The notes under the pieces: model-generated
Seen by the model: the letters and a program-made list of their open reading frames with translations, nothing else
Database searches by the model: none
What the model was told of the DNA's origin: nothing
From: a virus
Lineage: Duplodnaviria > Caudoviricetes
Length of the DNA: 64,000 bases
IMG/VR virus record: IMGVR_UViG_3300027860_000004
Span: 66,282 to 130,281 of that record
Strand: one strand, 5' to 3'
Part shown: piece by piece, positions 22,369-34,961 of the stretch
Numbering within the stretch: position 1 is the stretch's first letter
Layout: every line of letters starts with the position of its first letter
Translations under genes and position numbers: made by a program

Positions 22369-22791
22369 TTACACTTCCTTGACTTTGTACCCGAAGTTAT
22401 TGAACACCTTAAGCACGTTCTCGGCGGTGCCGAGTCCGGGATTGCTATAATCACGTTGGCGGTTGTAAAGGGTTTGAGCCATAACGAGACTGATTTTGTT
22501 ACGCGAAACCGTGAAGATGTAACCTTCGGTTTCGACAGCCTTCTTCGTTTCGGTCAAACCCATGCTGGTCAATTCGCGAAGGAATTTGATAGCCCCGATT
22601 TTATCGTAATCCCCATAAGGGCCGATAATGATAAACTTCAACGAAAGCGGGTCTTGCTTGCCTTCGATACGCAATTCGAGCAAACCCCGAAGGGCCATGT
22701 CGGTCACAATCGAAACGAAGGAGGTGCCATCCACCTTGTTATGGGGGATGAGGATTTCTTGGTCGCCTTGCTTCAAAACAATGTTCATCAT
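22369..22791 (-). CDS. Protein with ribosomal bL12 (L7/L12) C-terminal-like motif
   Basis: DKIGAIKFLRELTSMGLTETKKAVE resembles KI.VIK.VR.LTGLGLKEAK.LVE. Confidence 0.6.
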   Translation of the reverse strand: MMNIVLKQGDQEILIPHNKVDGTSFVSIVTDMALRGLLELRIEGKQDPLSLKFIIIGPYGDYDKIGAIKFLRELTSMGLTETKKAVETEGYIFTVSRNKISLVMAQTLYNRQRDYSNPGLGTAENVLKVFNNFGYKVKEV

Positions 22792-23295
22792 GTTTTTATT
22801 CTACCTTTTTCTTGAAGTTATTGCAAGAAAGAATTATTAGGGAACGTAGAAAACAGGTGAACCATAATCAGGATTGTATTCCTGAACAGTTTTCCATTCG
22901 ATGAGATTTTGTTCTTCCAAAGCCCGAATGGCTTGAAGTGCAGCAACGCGAGTCACACCCGGCAAGAAATGAATGACCGCCCCAACTTGCCGAGGTTCTT
23001 TGTTCTCATTGTTATTGTTCATACTTCTATTATCAACCTTTAGGGTAGTTTTGTCAAAAATTATTCAATTTATTATAGCATAAGAAAAGAAAGAGGGCCA
23101 AAGCCCCCTTTTAGTCCGGGTCGTACTCTTCCCCAGGCGCTTCGTCGTGCATATAGCGCATGACTTCAACATCTTCGACCTCCGCGAATTTGATTCGAGG
23201 AGTCTGCTTATATGCGGCGTCCCGAATCTCATCAATATCGGGGTTCGCATTATCCAGATTAACTTGATATTTGCGAACCTCCGTAACAGTTTCTG

Positions 23296-23496
23296 TTAGA
23301 ACGAACAGGGGCATCCGTAGTCCTCCTCTTCTTCCCATTCTTCATAGTCGATATTCTCGTCAAAGAAGTCCTCTTCTTCGACAAATTCGCCATTCGCTTC
23401 GGAAGCGAGGCAGTTTTCCTCGAAACGGATGGCATCCCCGAAGGGCATCGAGTCGTAGGGGTCGTAAGATTCGTAACCGCTGTAATCTTCATCCAT
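23296..23496 (-). CDS. Extremely acidic small protein
   Basis: 25 of 66 residues D/E, one basic residue; leaderless promoter. Confidence 0.7.
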   Translation of the reverse strand: MDEDYSGYESYDPYDSMPFGDAIRFEENCLASEANGEFVEEEDFFDENIDYEEWEEEEDYGCPCSF

Positions 23497-24676
23497 AAAC
23501 TAATTATAGACCTTCTCTTTAGTTACTGCAAGCGGAGAGAGGATACCAACGGCCACCATCTTTCCCTCCGCTTGCATGATAGCGAGGCAACTGCGGGACG
23601 CAGAAGATTTCCCCTTCCCGCTTCTTGGTAACGTAGCAAGGAACGTCTTTCAAGCGACCACGACGAGGTGTAGCGGCCTGAAGAAGGTTGGCATCTTTCA
23701 ACTAATCCACACCTTGTAGGCATCGGCAAGGTCGTAAAGATAGTCGAGCGAATCATTAAAGTCATCTACCGACCCATTTACAGATGACTTGTAAAAATCG
23801 TTTGATAAGTCCGTAGTGTCAAGAACATTGAAAGGTGAATTTACTCGAAGCCTTTCCATGATTTGATTTGCAGCGGCCTTGACTGAATCTTCATCTTCAG
23901 AAGTGTCAAGAAGGTCTTTGATTTGGAATTGAGACAGCCATTTACCCATATTATTTCTCCAGCAAAGCGACAAGGAACCCATGTTGATAGATGAAGGGTA
24001 AATTATCGAAGAGAGCCTTCTGGTTCTTCGTTGCCAGGGAGAGAGCAAACTCCTTCGCCTTGTTATAGGCGCTCAACTCCACAAAGGAGGAGGTCAAAAG
24101 TTCTTTCGCTTCATCTTTCGTCATCATGCTCTAAGTATAAACTTATTGCGGAGTTATGTCAAAGGAAGCGGAATTGTAGACTCGAACCAAACTTCTTTGT
24201 CGTAATCATTATACGTGATTTTAACATGGCTGTATTCTACGGCATGGCGATGAATAAGATTTTTCGCAAGATTCAATGCGCCTTGCTTTGAGTCCCGAGT
24301 CCAGAATTGGACTTGTGCGGGATATTCACGTAGGGTTGCAATGATGACAAATGGTTCGGTATACTTCATGCTATGAATATAAACCTATTCAGGAGTTTTG
24401 TCCAACAATGGGAGGAAAGAAACGATATTCTTTCTTAATTTATCATAAACAACTCGAACAGTCTGACCCTGCCATTCGAGCGTATGAATAGTGACCCGAT
24501 TTGATTGGGTCACAACATTTTGACTTCGACCGGACATAATATGACGCTTTAATTCTATCATATTTTGATGGTTGAAGTCAATTCCGTAACGCTCCAATGC
24601 CCTCCGCTTGGCATGTTTACGTTGGCACTTCCCTTTGCTAACTCGCTTTCCCATTATTGTTGTTCCCTTAAATAAT

Positions 24677-24764
24677 TGGTGGGGAAGGTGGGACTCGAAC
24701 CCACATGAGATTTCTCCCGTCGCGTTTTAAGCGCGATGCTTCTGACCAATTTAGCCACTTCCCC
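24677..24764 (-). tRNA. tRNA-Leu(TAA)
   Basis: Cloverleaf, anticodon loop CTTAAAA, long variable arm, GGTTCGAGTCC, encoded CCA. Confidence 0.92.
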
Positions 24765-25167
24765 GAATAGATGGATGACTATAATATCCTCCGCATTTTC
24801 GAGAACAATAATTTTCTTTTGTTACTTTATTTTTTTGTCTGTCTTGGCGCTCACGTTGACTAACTTCTGCTTGAAACTCTTTTCCGCAAGGGCAAGTATA
24901 TGTTTTATATTTTCTTTGCCTTCCGTGGTCAACCCAAACGGATTTTCTTCTATTTTCTATTCCGCTCAAAACTTGCAAGTTCGACAGTTCATTGTTTCTT
25001 ATGTTTCCATCCTTGTGGTCAACTTCTTCCCAATCCTCAAGTTTCCTTCCTAATGCTTCTTCCATGAGGTAACGAGGATAAGAAATAGTTATCAGGGATT
25101 TATCGTCTAATTGCTTGACAATTCTGCTTCTGCCGTCCTTGGCAGTATATGGTCCGTATATCTTCAT
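24751..25167 (-). CDS. HNH endonuclease (homing-type)
   Basis: RYLME..LGR.L...E.VDHKDGN..NN..SNLQVL; stop codon lies inside the tRNA-Leu gene. Confidence 0.85.
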   Translation of the reverse strand: MKIYGPYTAKDGRSRIVKQLDDKSLITISYPRYLMEEALGRKLEDWEEVDHKDGNIRNNELSNLQVLSGIENRRKSVWVDHGRQRKYKTYTCPCGKEFQAEVSQRERQDRQKNKVTKENYCSRKCGGYYSHPSIRGSG

Positions 25168-26212
25168 GGCTAACAACCTCTTTGTTAACCATTATATTAA
25201 AAAGTTATTTGGTTCGACCAGCAATAGCCTCTACATAATTTTCAAGGCAACGACGAGTATGATATTCTGGATTTTTGTTATTAAATTGACTGTAGTAATT
25301 CAACAGCCCTTGCTTTTGACTGTCACCTGGTTTAACTGTAACAGTAAACTCGTTAAACACAAATGAAACCGGATTGCCTAGCCGGTTTGCAAACTCGCGA
25401 GCATATTCAACTGCTCCGTTAATATGATGAATGCTGTTTATTGACATACTCCTATTCTATCAACTTTCTTTAGTTATTGCAAAAAAATGACTAAAGAGGA
25501 CCAGAACCTAAAAAGTAGTCCTCTTCCTCTTCTTCATCTTCTTCTACGGCGAAGGTGGCACTCAGTCCTGGATGACTTGTGCTAATAGTGTTATAGCGTT
25601 CTTCGGTAAGCCGAACCTCGCGTTCATAGATAGCAGAAGCGATGCGCGCAAGGCTACGTCCGTCGCTATGTTCGATACGTTGCACCAAGTCACGAATGAG
25701 GTCCTCGCGTTCAATCTTCATGACCTTATTTTATCAACTAATTGGAGTTCTTGCAACTCATACTATTTATTATATAACTAAAAGAAAAAAGGAGGACGAA
25801 CCTCCTTTAGACAGGGAATCGAGGAAGAGGTTTTTCGGTTTGAGGGCTTGCTTTGAGAAACTCTACGTGCCCCTTTAGGTCCTCTGCTGCCTTCAAGTAA
25901 TCACCACGCTTATACTTGCGGCCGGTGTATTCTGAAGCCATCTTGAGCATTTGAACAGGTCCAACGCCTCGGGTCGGAATCATCTTCAACTTTGCATAGC
26001 CGATGAGACTTTGTGCCAGGATAGCGGCCCGGAAAATATCCACATCCCCTTTGGCAAGGACTCGGCCGTTGTGGGTGCGTTCGGCAAATGATTGATTATC
26101 CATGACTTTATATTATCAACTTTAAGAAGATATTGCAAGTCATTTTATTATTTATTATATCATTATTCCACAACGAGGACCGGCGCTAGGCTCGGCCCTC
26201 CTTGGGATAACG

Positions 26213-26371
26213 CGCTAGGTCCCGGATTTGAACCGGAAACGCCACCTATTTGCTTAGGTCCGAACCTAGATGAAGTAAGAGGATGCTCGCACAACTTTTA
26301 TATGCTGCCGGTCAAGAGAGTCTTATCTCTCACGCTTTGTTTAGGCGGTCCTACTTGTCCACCTACCTAGA
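26213..26371 (-). ncRNA. tRNA-like RNA with about 95-nt insert replacing the anticodon loop
   Basis: Acceptor CTAGGT/ACCTAG, T-arm CCGG-TTCAAAT-CCGG, stem CCGCCTA/TAGGTGG, own promoter and about 20-nt leader. Confidence 0.75.
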
Positions 26372-28517
26372 ACCTTAGTTTGTCACTCTGTGATTAGATT
26401 ATATCTTCTTGAAGAAGTTTTGTCAAAACCCTTTAGTTAGAAGGGTCAACAGATTGGAGTCTAAAGGACCGTGCGGCTTCACGCATTTCGGCAAGCATAT
26501 TCTCTGCTTCACGATAGTCGCTAGGTCCTGGCGCATCCTTTGTATGGTCGCCAAGGATAACTTCAAGGGCAGCAATACGGTTCGGCGTGACCTTTACTGT
26601 TGCTTGGTTAGAAGTATCCATTATTTTTAGATGGTTGCCTTGAAAGAAACCAGGTTGTAAGAGTAGGGCGAGTTCTTGACCAACTCTTCATATTGCGGAC
26701 GAGTAAGGATACCCGCAGCAAGAAACTTTTTGGCGACCTCTACATCGGCCGTAAGTTTCTCGGGAACCTCCACAAAGTTAATCTTGAAGTTCCCCCGCTT
26801 GTTACGGAAGGTGCCGGAAATGAAGGTTTCTTTGTTCTCACCCAGGGCCTTGCGAATGGCCTTAATCTTGGGCTTGAGGTCTTTCTCCAACTTCGTTTCC
26901 GCAGCGGATTTCAGTTCGGAGGTAAGGATATAGTCCCGAAGAACGGCAACGATTTCGGTTTGCGTATCTTCGGTAAGTGCGGTGACACCTTCTGCGGTCA
27001 CGGGCACGATGACTGTTTGGGCGTTTTCGAGAAGTGTGTTGCTCATGTATAAACTATAGACCTTTCAGAGAGTTATTGCAAGCAGCGGTTGTACCCGCTT
27101 TGCCTACGGTGAAGCGAGTATAACATATAAAAAACAAAAAGTCAAGTGCATTCTATTTATTATAGCGTTGAATAAAGAAAAAGGAGGATTTTTTATTTCC
27201 CCTTCTTCTCCTGTTGAAGAAAATAGTTAATGACTTCTGCTACCCGATACTTATGATTGACCCAGGTAATAGTCTCTCTGAAGATAATTTGATACCCTGC
27301 GGGGTATTCTACGATGACAAGGTTTGCATTATCAGTAGGTAAACCTGCTTTAGCAAACTCTTGCTTGATATAGTTTTTTGAGAATTTTACTTGACTAGGA
27401 TTCATTGACAGTAGAAGGTAGAACGATTCGACCATCCCCCACGGCTTCGACCAGCGTGGCAAACATTTCGTTAGATGCCTTCTGTCGGTCAAGGTGACGC
27501 TGCCACGATTCCTGAAAGGCTTTGCTTTCTGCATCGCGATAACCTTTTCGATACTCAGCATCGAGCATTTCATCGAGTTCCGATTGCTTCATCATAACAA
27601 TCGGGTTTTTGTCTGTGTGAATAAGCATATTCTATTTATAGACCTTTCAAGGAGTTAAGTCAAATCTCCATCATGCCCGACAGTAAACATGACAATCTCA
27701 AACATATCACGGGCTTTGATTGCTTTAATTGCTTCGCGTTCTCCTGTGTCGAACCAAATGCAAACCGGAAAAGTTTGTGGAACCTCCATCAAACAATCAA
27801 GTAATTCCCCAACGGTCAAGGCTTGGCTTTCATCGGCCGGTTCTTCATCATAGAGGGGAGGTTCAATCGACTGAGCATTGATTGTAACCATTGACAAAGA
27901 CGGCGAACCCTCTACAGTTTCATAAGAAACATTTGTAAAGAAAGAACCATCATCCACCCGGCATTCAAACTCCGGGTTAGTGTAGAGATTGCGAAGCGTT
28001 TCTCGCAGTTCGCTAACTTTCATTAGCCTTGCAGAACCCCCAAGGTGCCGCAGCCCTTGCAAATATCATCCGGTTCTGGGGGATGACCAAAGTCCTCGAA
28101 AAACATTTCGATTGCTTCTGGGTCATAGTCAAGAGTGATTGTGTTAATCACTTGTCCCTGGTTTTCGCATCCCTTGGTTTCACAAACCACAGAGAAAGTC
28201 ACTTCTTCTAGCATGACCTTATTCTATCAATCTTAAAGAGTTATTGCAAATAAGGAGGCGGAGTTAGTCCCCGCTTGTGAAGCAATCCCAATTCGTTTAG
28301 AACCGCAATAGCAGTAGCCTGCATCCGATACTCATTCCAATCCTTAAAATCAAGTCGATTCTGCGGGGTGCTATTGCGAATGGCTCTCGCAGTTCGTTCG
28401 ATAAGGGCAACTTCTTCATCGGTATAATCCATAGTCAAAACATTATATCAAGAATTAGAAGTTATTGCAAGGGTTGTTATTCAATTTATAATAGAGTAAT
28501 AGTAAAAAAAGAGGCCC

Positions 28518-29012
28518 TTAGAAGGCCCCTGGGGTTAGTTGAGACTTCACAGGTGCATATACTACAACCTGTTCATTTCCGACCATTCCAAGGCGATTCT
28601 TGACCGCTTGGGATACATCTATGATTCGATGCGTCCATAGGTTTGGTCCTCTATCTTCTACTTTACAAGTAGCATACTTATGGGTCTTTACATTCTTGAT
28701 AATGACCCGAGTATGAAGAGGGAAGTACCAGGAAGCGCACATATTTTTGTGGGTATCGAATATGATTCCTGAAGCAGTAGGCTTCCCTTGTGTATTGTCA
28801 TCCCCCCAAGGGCATAGATTGCGGTTTCCGGCGCATCCATACCAAGAGGCTTCACCGCGAGCCTGTTGACGAAAGTGATTGTTTTGCTGCCCATGATGAG
28901 CAGCAATTCGTCGCGTATGCTTTAGGTGAGATTGTTCACTTCGCGGATGTTCTGTGCATCCGAAGAGGGAGACTCCAATCAATATGATTGAAAGATAAAC
29001 TCTTTTCGTCAT
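28518..29012 (-). CDS. RlpA-like double-psi beta-barrel lytic transglycosylase, probable lipoprotein
   Basis: Lipobox-like LFGC; GEASWYG, TASG..FD, CAS...PL.T.V.IKN, V.DRGP, RIIDVS. Confidence 0.85.
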   Translation of the reverse strand: MTKRVYLSIILIGVSLFGCTEHPRSEQSHLKHTRRIAAHHGQQNNHFRQQARGEASWYGCAGNRNLCPWGDDNTQGKPTASGIIFDTHKNMCASWYFPLHTRVIIKNVKTHKYATCKVEDRGPNLWTHRIIDVSQAVKNRLGMVGNEQVVVYAPVKSQLTPGAF

Positions 29013-29742
29013 GAATTAAGTTTATCATCTTCAATCAGTTAAATCAAATTATTGCTGATATATTACTACTACGGGAGTATGTCCCGGAACAGGGTGATAC
29101 TGAGAAAGACTTGCATCTTGCTTCAGCATTAACATAACACCCCAGAGAATGATAAGTCCGGTGACTCCACATTGAACTAGAATACCTGCAAGTTTTCTAT
29201 TCATGTCAAAAGCGCCCGTGATAATGCTTTTCCACTCGCGTAATCAACTTGACGCGCTGACCATCCTGGGTCATTTCTTTTTCTTGTTCGGACCAAGCAG
29301 GACGAGATTCACCAATGATACAATCCGTGCAACCGCAATCGCTTGGGTCAATATATTCGGTCGTTTCCTCAAAATAAAGGACCACACTTCTACGCTTATT
29401 ATTCATGATTATTAAACCTCCTCTTTTTCCAAAGATTTTTGAGATTGTAGCCATTTTTGATATTCGTGGTGACTATCATTAATGCCCCAATGACGTTTGA
29501 GGTCACGATAATTATGCCCTGTGCGAAAGCCTTGGTCAACTAATTGTTGTAAGATATTAGCGCGCATCTTACAAATGTCGCAATCAAGACCCCAATCACA
29601 AGAACTAAGTCCTACAAATAAACTATCTGTAATGTGTGAGGCTTCTCGGTCGCTAAGATTTAATTGAATGTTCTTCTTTTCCATACAAAGATTATATCGA
29701 AATCTTTTAGTTATTGCAAAAAATACTTTTATTTATTATAAA

Positions 29743-29911
29743 CAATAATGCCTACTAGGAACTTCCGTGTTCCGTTCGGCATTATTATGGTGTTTTATTA
29801 TGGTGTTTTATTATGATGTTGTAAGGGTAGGAAAACCCCCGCCTACCCTCGGGGTTTTGTAGGATGGCAAGCCCGGCCATCACGGGGTTCTTGTAGTGGT
29901 TGTCAGCCGAC
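29743..29911 (-). ncRNA. ncRNA with two tandem H-type pseudoknots and 13-nt repeats
   Basis: Promoter TTGCAA-17-TATACT; units (C)TACAA-AACCCCG...; stems GATGGC/GCCATC and AGGGTAGG/CCTACCCT; repeat CATAATAAAACAC about 2.5 copies; terminator TAATGCC/GGCATTA. Confidence 0.75.
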
Positions 29912-32900
29912 TATCTTAGTATACCTTATTGGGAGAGTAATTGCAAGACTTCTTCTGTTAAGGTTTTGCCTCGAAACTCAATCCAAATATCATCCCCAGG
30001 CCAAAACTCAAAAGTAGCAGTAACATTGTTTGTAATGAATACATCAATGTTAGAAGAACCCTTAGCAGGAACAATCTTCACAAAAGCAGGATTCTTTTTG
30101 ATTTCCCTCTTTGAAGAGAAGAACCCAAAGTGAAGCAGAATCTTCCAGAGAGGAACCATGTAAGTCCCTGCATATAATTGAACAGGAGAAGGTTCTAGTA
30201 CCCATACATTCTTTATCTGCGTAGGCATTAGAATAACCTTCTCCTCTACTTGTTCCATTACTTGAACGCCTTGGAACCCACAATCCGGTAGTATTCGTCT
30301 GCCGTTTGACTCATTCGATTGAGGTCGGAAAGTCCACGAACCTTCTCAAAAGGAGAGGGACAGGAGCAACCAGAGTCATGGCCCCAATAGACTTCCTTGG
30401 TTTCCAAATCTTCCCAAACTACAACCATATCAAATTGATAGGCTTCCTCGGAAAGGTGAATGACTTTGAGAATCTTCAAACCAACATTCTCAGGACTATA
30501 GTAAGGGTTAAAATCAGAATCAATCGTCCAATCGAAGGGTATCTTTTTGATAAATTTCGTATTATCAAAATCCCACTCGCCCTTTTCATTCAGGGTCATA
30601 ACGGAACCATCCGCAAAGGTGGCACTTACAATCTGTGATTCCCTGAAACTATCAGTACCGATGTTGCAGTTCCCGAAGTTTTCTGCTTGACTAATAATCA
30701 TAACAAAGACATTATATCGAATTTTTGAAGTTATTGCAAGCCCGTATAGACACAAACAAAGACAGGTTGGTGCCATAAATTAGAGAAATAGTTGGCAGCA
30801 AATTGCGCTTGTGTTGCTATACGAAAAGCATACAAAAGATTCCCTTGTTGAGCAGGACACCACAAAATGAAAAAGGTATCAGTTGGGCTTAAAGCGTCAA
30901 GAGGAATAAAAGATTCATCAAGCGACACAAAACCAGGAAGATTCTCAGGGAACATATTCTTCAATCCTATAATAAATTAGAGTAGTATTGGCATTTGTAT
31001 ACTACTCTAATCTATTCAAGATTGTACTAATCTACTGCTATATGAACGACCTGGACACCATTCTTTTCAGCAAGGTTGACACTTACTTCGTAACTCTTCT
31101 TTGCCTTGAAAAGAGCAGCAGCCTTTAACTGCGCTTGGTAGGAAGTCTCTGCATAGACTTCAATGCGCTTCCCTTTATAGAAACAAATGTAGCCGTTCAC
31201 CATTCTTCCTCCTCCTCAAAGTAATCTTCGTCATACTGTGAATCTTCTAGAAGAGAGTCGATAACATCTTGAGGTACAGGACTTGCAAGGAGGTCGATAT
31301 TGATAGCCGACTTTGCAACATTGTAGAGGTCCATTACCTTGAAAGCGATAAGACCACCTTTCTCTCCGTAATCGACAACAAGTAACGCCTGTTGTTCTGG
31401 ACCTTCAGAAAGAAAGGTATCATTATCTCCAAGGAAGGTGTAGATTGCTTCGGGTTCATCAGTCATTTAGGGCCAGCACTTCCTTAATTTCGGCATCGAG
31501 TTCTTCATCGGTAAAGTTGTCATATCCCTTGAAGCCGTGACGCAACAGCATTTCGATGAAGTCCCATTCACCCGTGAGGATACACTTCTCAACCGTATTC
31601 GCATCACGGTTGACAAGGAGTTCGACCTTCTCTTCTCTGTTCAATGCGCCTGCGGTGGCAAGAATGTAGTGGGCTTCTTCTATGTTCATGTATTGATTAT
31701 ACCTTCTCCTTGAAGTTAATGCAAACGTCCTAAAGCCAAACCTTCCATAATTTTGTTTGCCCCATTACGCAAGGTTGCAGCCATTTCCGGGTCTGCGGGA
31801 GGTCGCACGTACTGCTTACCAAGGTATGGACGATGTTCATACGTATACACTCTAGGAGTAGGGTTTTCTAACTCCTTAGCAAGCCCAAAAGCAGCCATAA
31901 ACACTTCAGCCCAAAGTTTTGCCGTTTTAGCATCACGACGCGCCTTGGCAATACGTTTACGGCGACCAGAGAGTTTTCTCTGCCATCGTCCTTGCGAATT
32001 CTGTTTGATAAACTGTGAGGCTGTCATAACTGAATCATTATATCATGAGAATGAAGTTATTGCAACCATCATTCAATTTATAATAGAAACGAAAAAGAAA
32101 GAGGACCGATGAAGGCCCTCTTAAGTTTATGCTACGGCTGCTTCTTCTTGGACGATTATGATGGGTTCTGCCGGAATGACTTTGATACCCTTGGGCAGGC
32201 TAGAGAAGTTGAATCCATTGGGGAGAGGCTTATGAAACCCCTCGCACTTGGTGAGGTCTTTGCGGGTCGTGGTGGTGCCTGCAAGAACGCCACGAATGAA
32301 GATTTTCTGAATCTTGGTGGTAGCCATCTAATTTATTCTCCTCTAGTTAGAAACAGCATTCTTCCGTGCAACCTTCACGGTGAAATGCAATGAAGTAATA
32401 ATGGTCATTAAGTTTTTCTTCTGAAAAGTGTTCAGAATAGGGATTGTAATATCGAGAACCCCCACTACGGTAACTCCCAAAATTTTCAATCCAGCGAAGA
32501 AGTGCTTTAACTTTTTGCACTTCGGTAAGACCTTCGCCTCGGCGAATAGTATATTTGACTTCTTCCATAAACCTATCTTATCAAGTTTTTGAAGTTATTG
32601 CAAGCCGACTTACTTGCGCTTGGACTTCTGTTTAGAAACCGATTCGATGAAGGAATGTTTGAACTTTGTGCTGTTATTACATTCCTTCTTAAAAGCATTG
32701 ACCAAGAATTCATAGAATTCCATAATGGTCATTTTCTTAATCTCTTCTACTCGGGGTAGAATTAGTCTAAACATGAAGTCATGAGAAATCAGGTAATCAT
32801 ACATTTCGTCAAAATCAAAACGCATATTACCTTTGGTAGTTGTTACATTGAAATCTTGTAGATATGAACTACCAAAGTCACAAGTTTCACAACCTGAATA

Positions 32901-34104
32901 CTGGCTATGTTCCTCAGAGAAGTTGAGAATGTCACCATCTACTAGTGACAACAAGGGTTTATCATCTTGCATCTTAATTCTTACTCACAAATGGAAGGCA
33001 GGAAGGAATATATTCATCTGCAATGTTACCATTCATGATGAATTTTGTTTTATGCACCTTCGTCAAATATGCTTTTTGCATAAGTTGATAGATGCGCTGT
33101 TGCACAAGAATTTGGAGGTCCTCATGCTTATCAAAGTCTGCATCGGAGCAACGGCCCACACGAATAGCAGCCTCTTTTATTTCTTGGTAGGCTTGAGCAG
33201 TAATCTTGCGCTGTTCTTGTATGCTTAACATATACTGATAATAAACCTTTCTTGAAGTTAAGTCAAACGCCTTCGGCCTGCTCCACCTTCGCGACGAACC
33301 AAAACTTTCCTACCAATCTCTTGCCGAATTACCAAACCATCCGGGGTAAGTTTGTCTAAAAATTCAACCTTATGTTCACGGGCAGCAGCAAATTCTTCAA
33401 GCCCTGGTTTATTAAACTTATGAGCCCTATTATGAGAAGCATTACAGAACCATTCTGTTTGGTGATATGCACCACCATTCTTGGTGTTCCGAATGATAAT
33501 TTTCTTACATTTCCACCATGCACATCGGCGAACAATAAACCTAGTCCCAAGAGCATTACTACATTGTACGCAAAGCAGTTTGCATGAAGTGTAATGCTTA
33601 CCGCAGTAGAGACAGGTTCTATGTTTAGAGGGCATAGTGGTACTACTATTATTGTTCTATAATAAATTGAAACAGTTATTTCTTTTTTTCAGAAATAATT
33701 CCGATGTATTTCCCGGTGTTCTCATCAAAGCGCACTTCTTTGACTTGAATCAATCCATTCATACAAATTTGTTGGAGTTGCTTCTGAAGAGTATAGAAGT
33801 CATGGTAGTCATCCACAGCGACTTCGGTTCCGTCTTTAATTGTCATTGCCATAAGATAACTCTACACCTTTTCTTTAGAAAAAGCAAACCCTGCAAGGAA
33901 GGCTTCGGCAAGGTCCTCCTCCGTATAGACCATAGCAAGGTTGCTATTCATGAAGTCCCAAGGAGCCCGCTTCTTCAAAGCGAATCGGCGGGCTTGGGCA
34001 GCAACTTCCTTGGATGGAGCCTTCTTCAAGGCTCGCAATTCATCGAGAGGCATGAATCAACTTTCTGATAAATTGCTTGAAGCAGTAGTCACATTTGCAC
34101 ATTG

Positions 34105-34935
34105 TTAGTTCCCCGTCAAGGCGAGTCGATTGTTACCGAACTCATGCTGAATCTTCATAGACTTACCACGTTCTTGACCACCAGCATAACCATTCCAACT
34201 CAGGTTACGCTTGGGGGGTTTAGCAGAGCCAGCCGAAGTGAAGGCAGCATTAAAGGCGTCATTTAACTTCTTTTCTTTGACGATAACTAAGGCATTGCCC
34301 CGTTCTTCGTCATCGGCAATATCATTGCGACGGCCAGCCTCAAACCTTGCAAGAATAGTTGCCACGATACCATACCGATAGGAGCGTTTCCAATCATTCT
34401 CGTTCGTGAAGGGGTTAAGGTCTTTCTCAACCTTCCAAGCATTGCGGGTAGCGACAATGATTTCGTTCTCAAGATACTTGTAAAGCGCCTTGACAACTTC
34501 AACATTAGTAGGTTGACCCACGATGCCAATGAAGCCCGAACTTTTAGCAGCACCGTTCTTGCGAACTTCACCATTCTTCTTCTTGGAAGGGCCTTGGCTA
34601 ATCAAACGGATAATCTTGCAGAAGTTATACTTCGCGATGACGCCAACCAACTGTTCACGCCAACCAACAGCATCATAAGAAGGCTTATTATTGCGTTGGT
34701 TCTTGCTACGTTTAGGACGGAGGTCCCATTCTTCAGCCGTGAAGGGTTCTTCGTACAACTCTTCAATGTCGGGAATATCCGCCATGTCGATATTATGCTT
34801 GAAGAGTAGACGAGAGATAGCAGCCGCCGCAGCCGCTGCTTCACCTTCAGACTTCGCGCCTTCCTTCAATGCGTTGAGTTTCGCAATGCGGGCACGAATT
34901 TCGTTCATCTGGTCGTTTAGTGCGCTATTATTCAT
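34105..34935 (-). CDS. DUF2786-like N-terminal domain protein
   Basis: RIAKL.AL......EGEA.AA.....RLL.KHNID; W...L...IA..NFCK; SYRYG. Confidence 0.7.
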   Translation of the reverse strand: MNNSALNDQMNEIRARIAKLNALKEGAKSEGEAAAAAAAISRLLFKHNIDMADIPDIEELYEEPFTAEEWDLRPKRSKNQRNNKPSYDAVGWREQLVGVIAKYNFCKIIRLISQGPSKKKNGEVRKNGAAKSSGFIGIVGQPTNVEVVKALYKYLENEIIVATRNAWKVEKDLNPFTNENDWKRSYRYGIVATILARFEAGRRNDIADDEERGNALVIVKEKKLNDAFNAAFTSAGSAKPPKRNLSWNGYAGGQERGKSMKIQHEFGNNRLALTGN

Positions 34936-34961
34936 AAACCCATTCTATCAAGAATAGAAAG

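Noticed and set aside
27082-27110. Roughly 30-nt transcript from the promoter at 27145
   Set aside because: Too short to separate from a tandem promoter or leader for the gene at 27046; only a 4-5 bp hairpin.
29783-29820. Short direct repeats as a CRISPR array
   Set aside because: 13-nt tandem units without spacers; no cas genes in the window.
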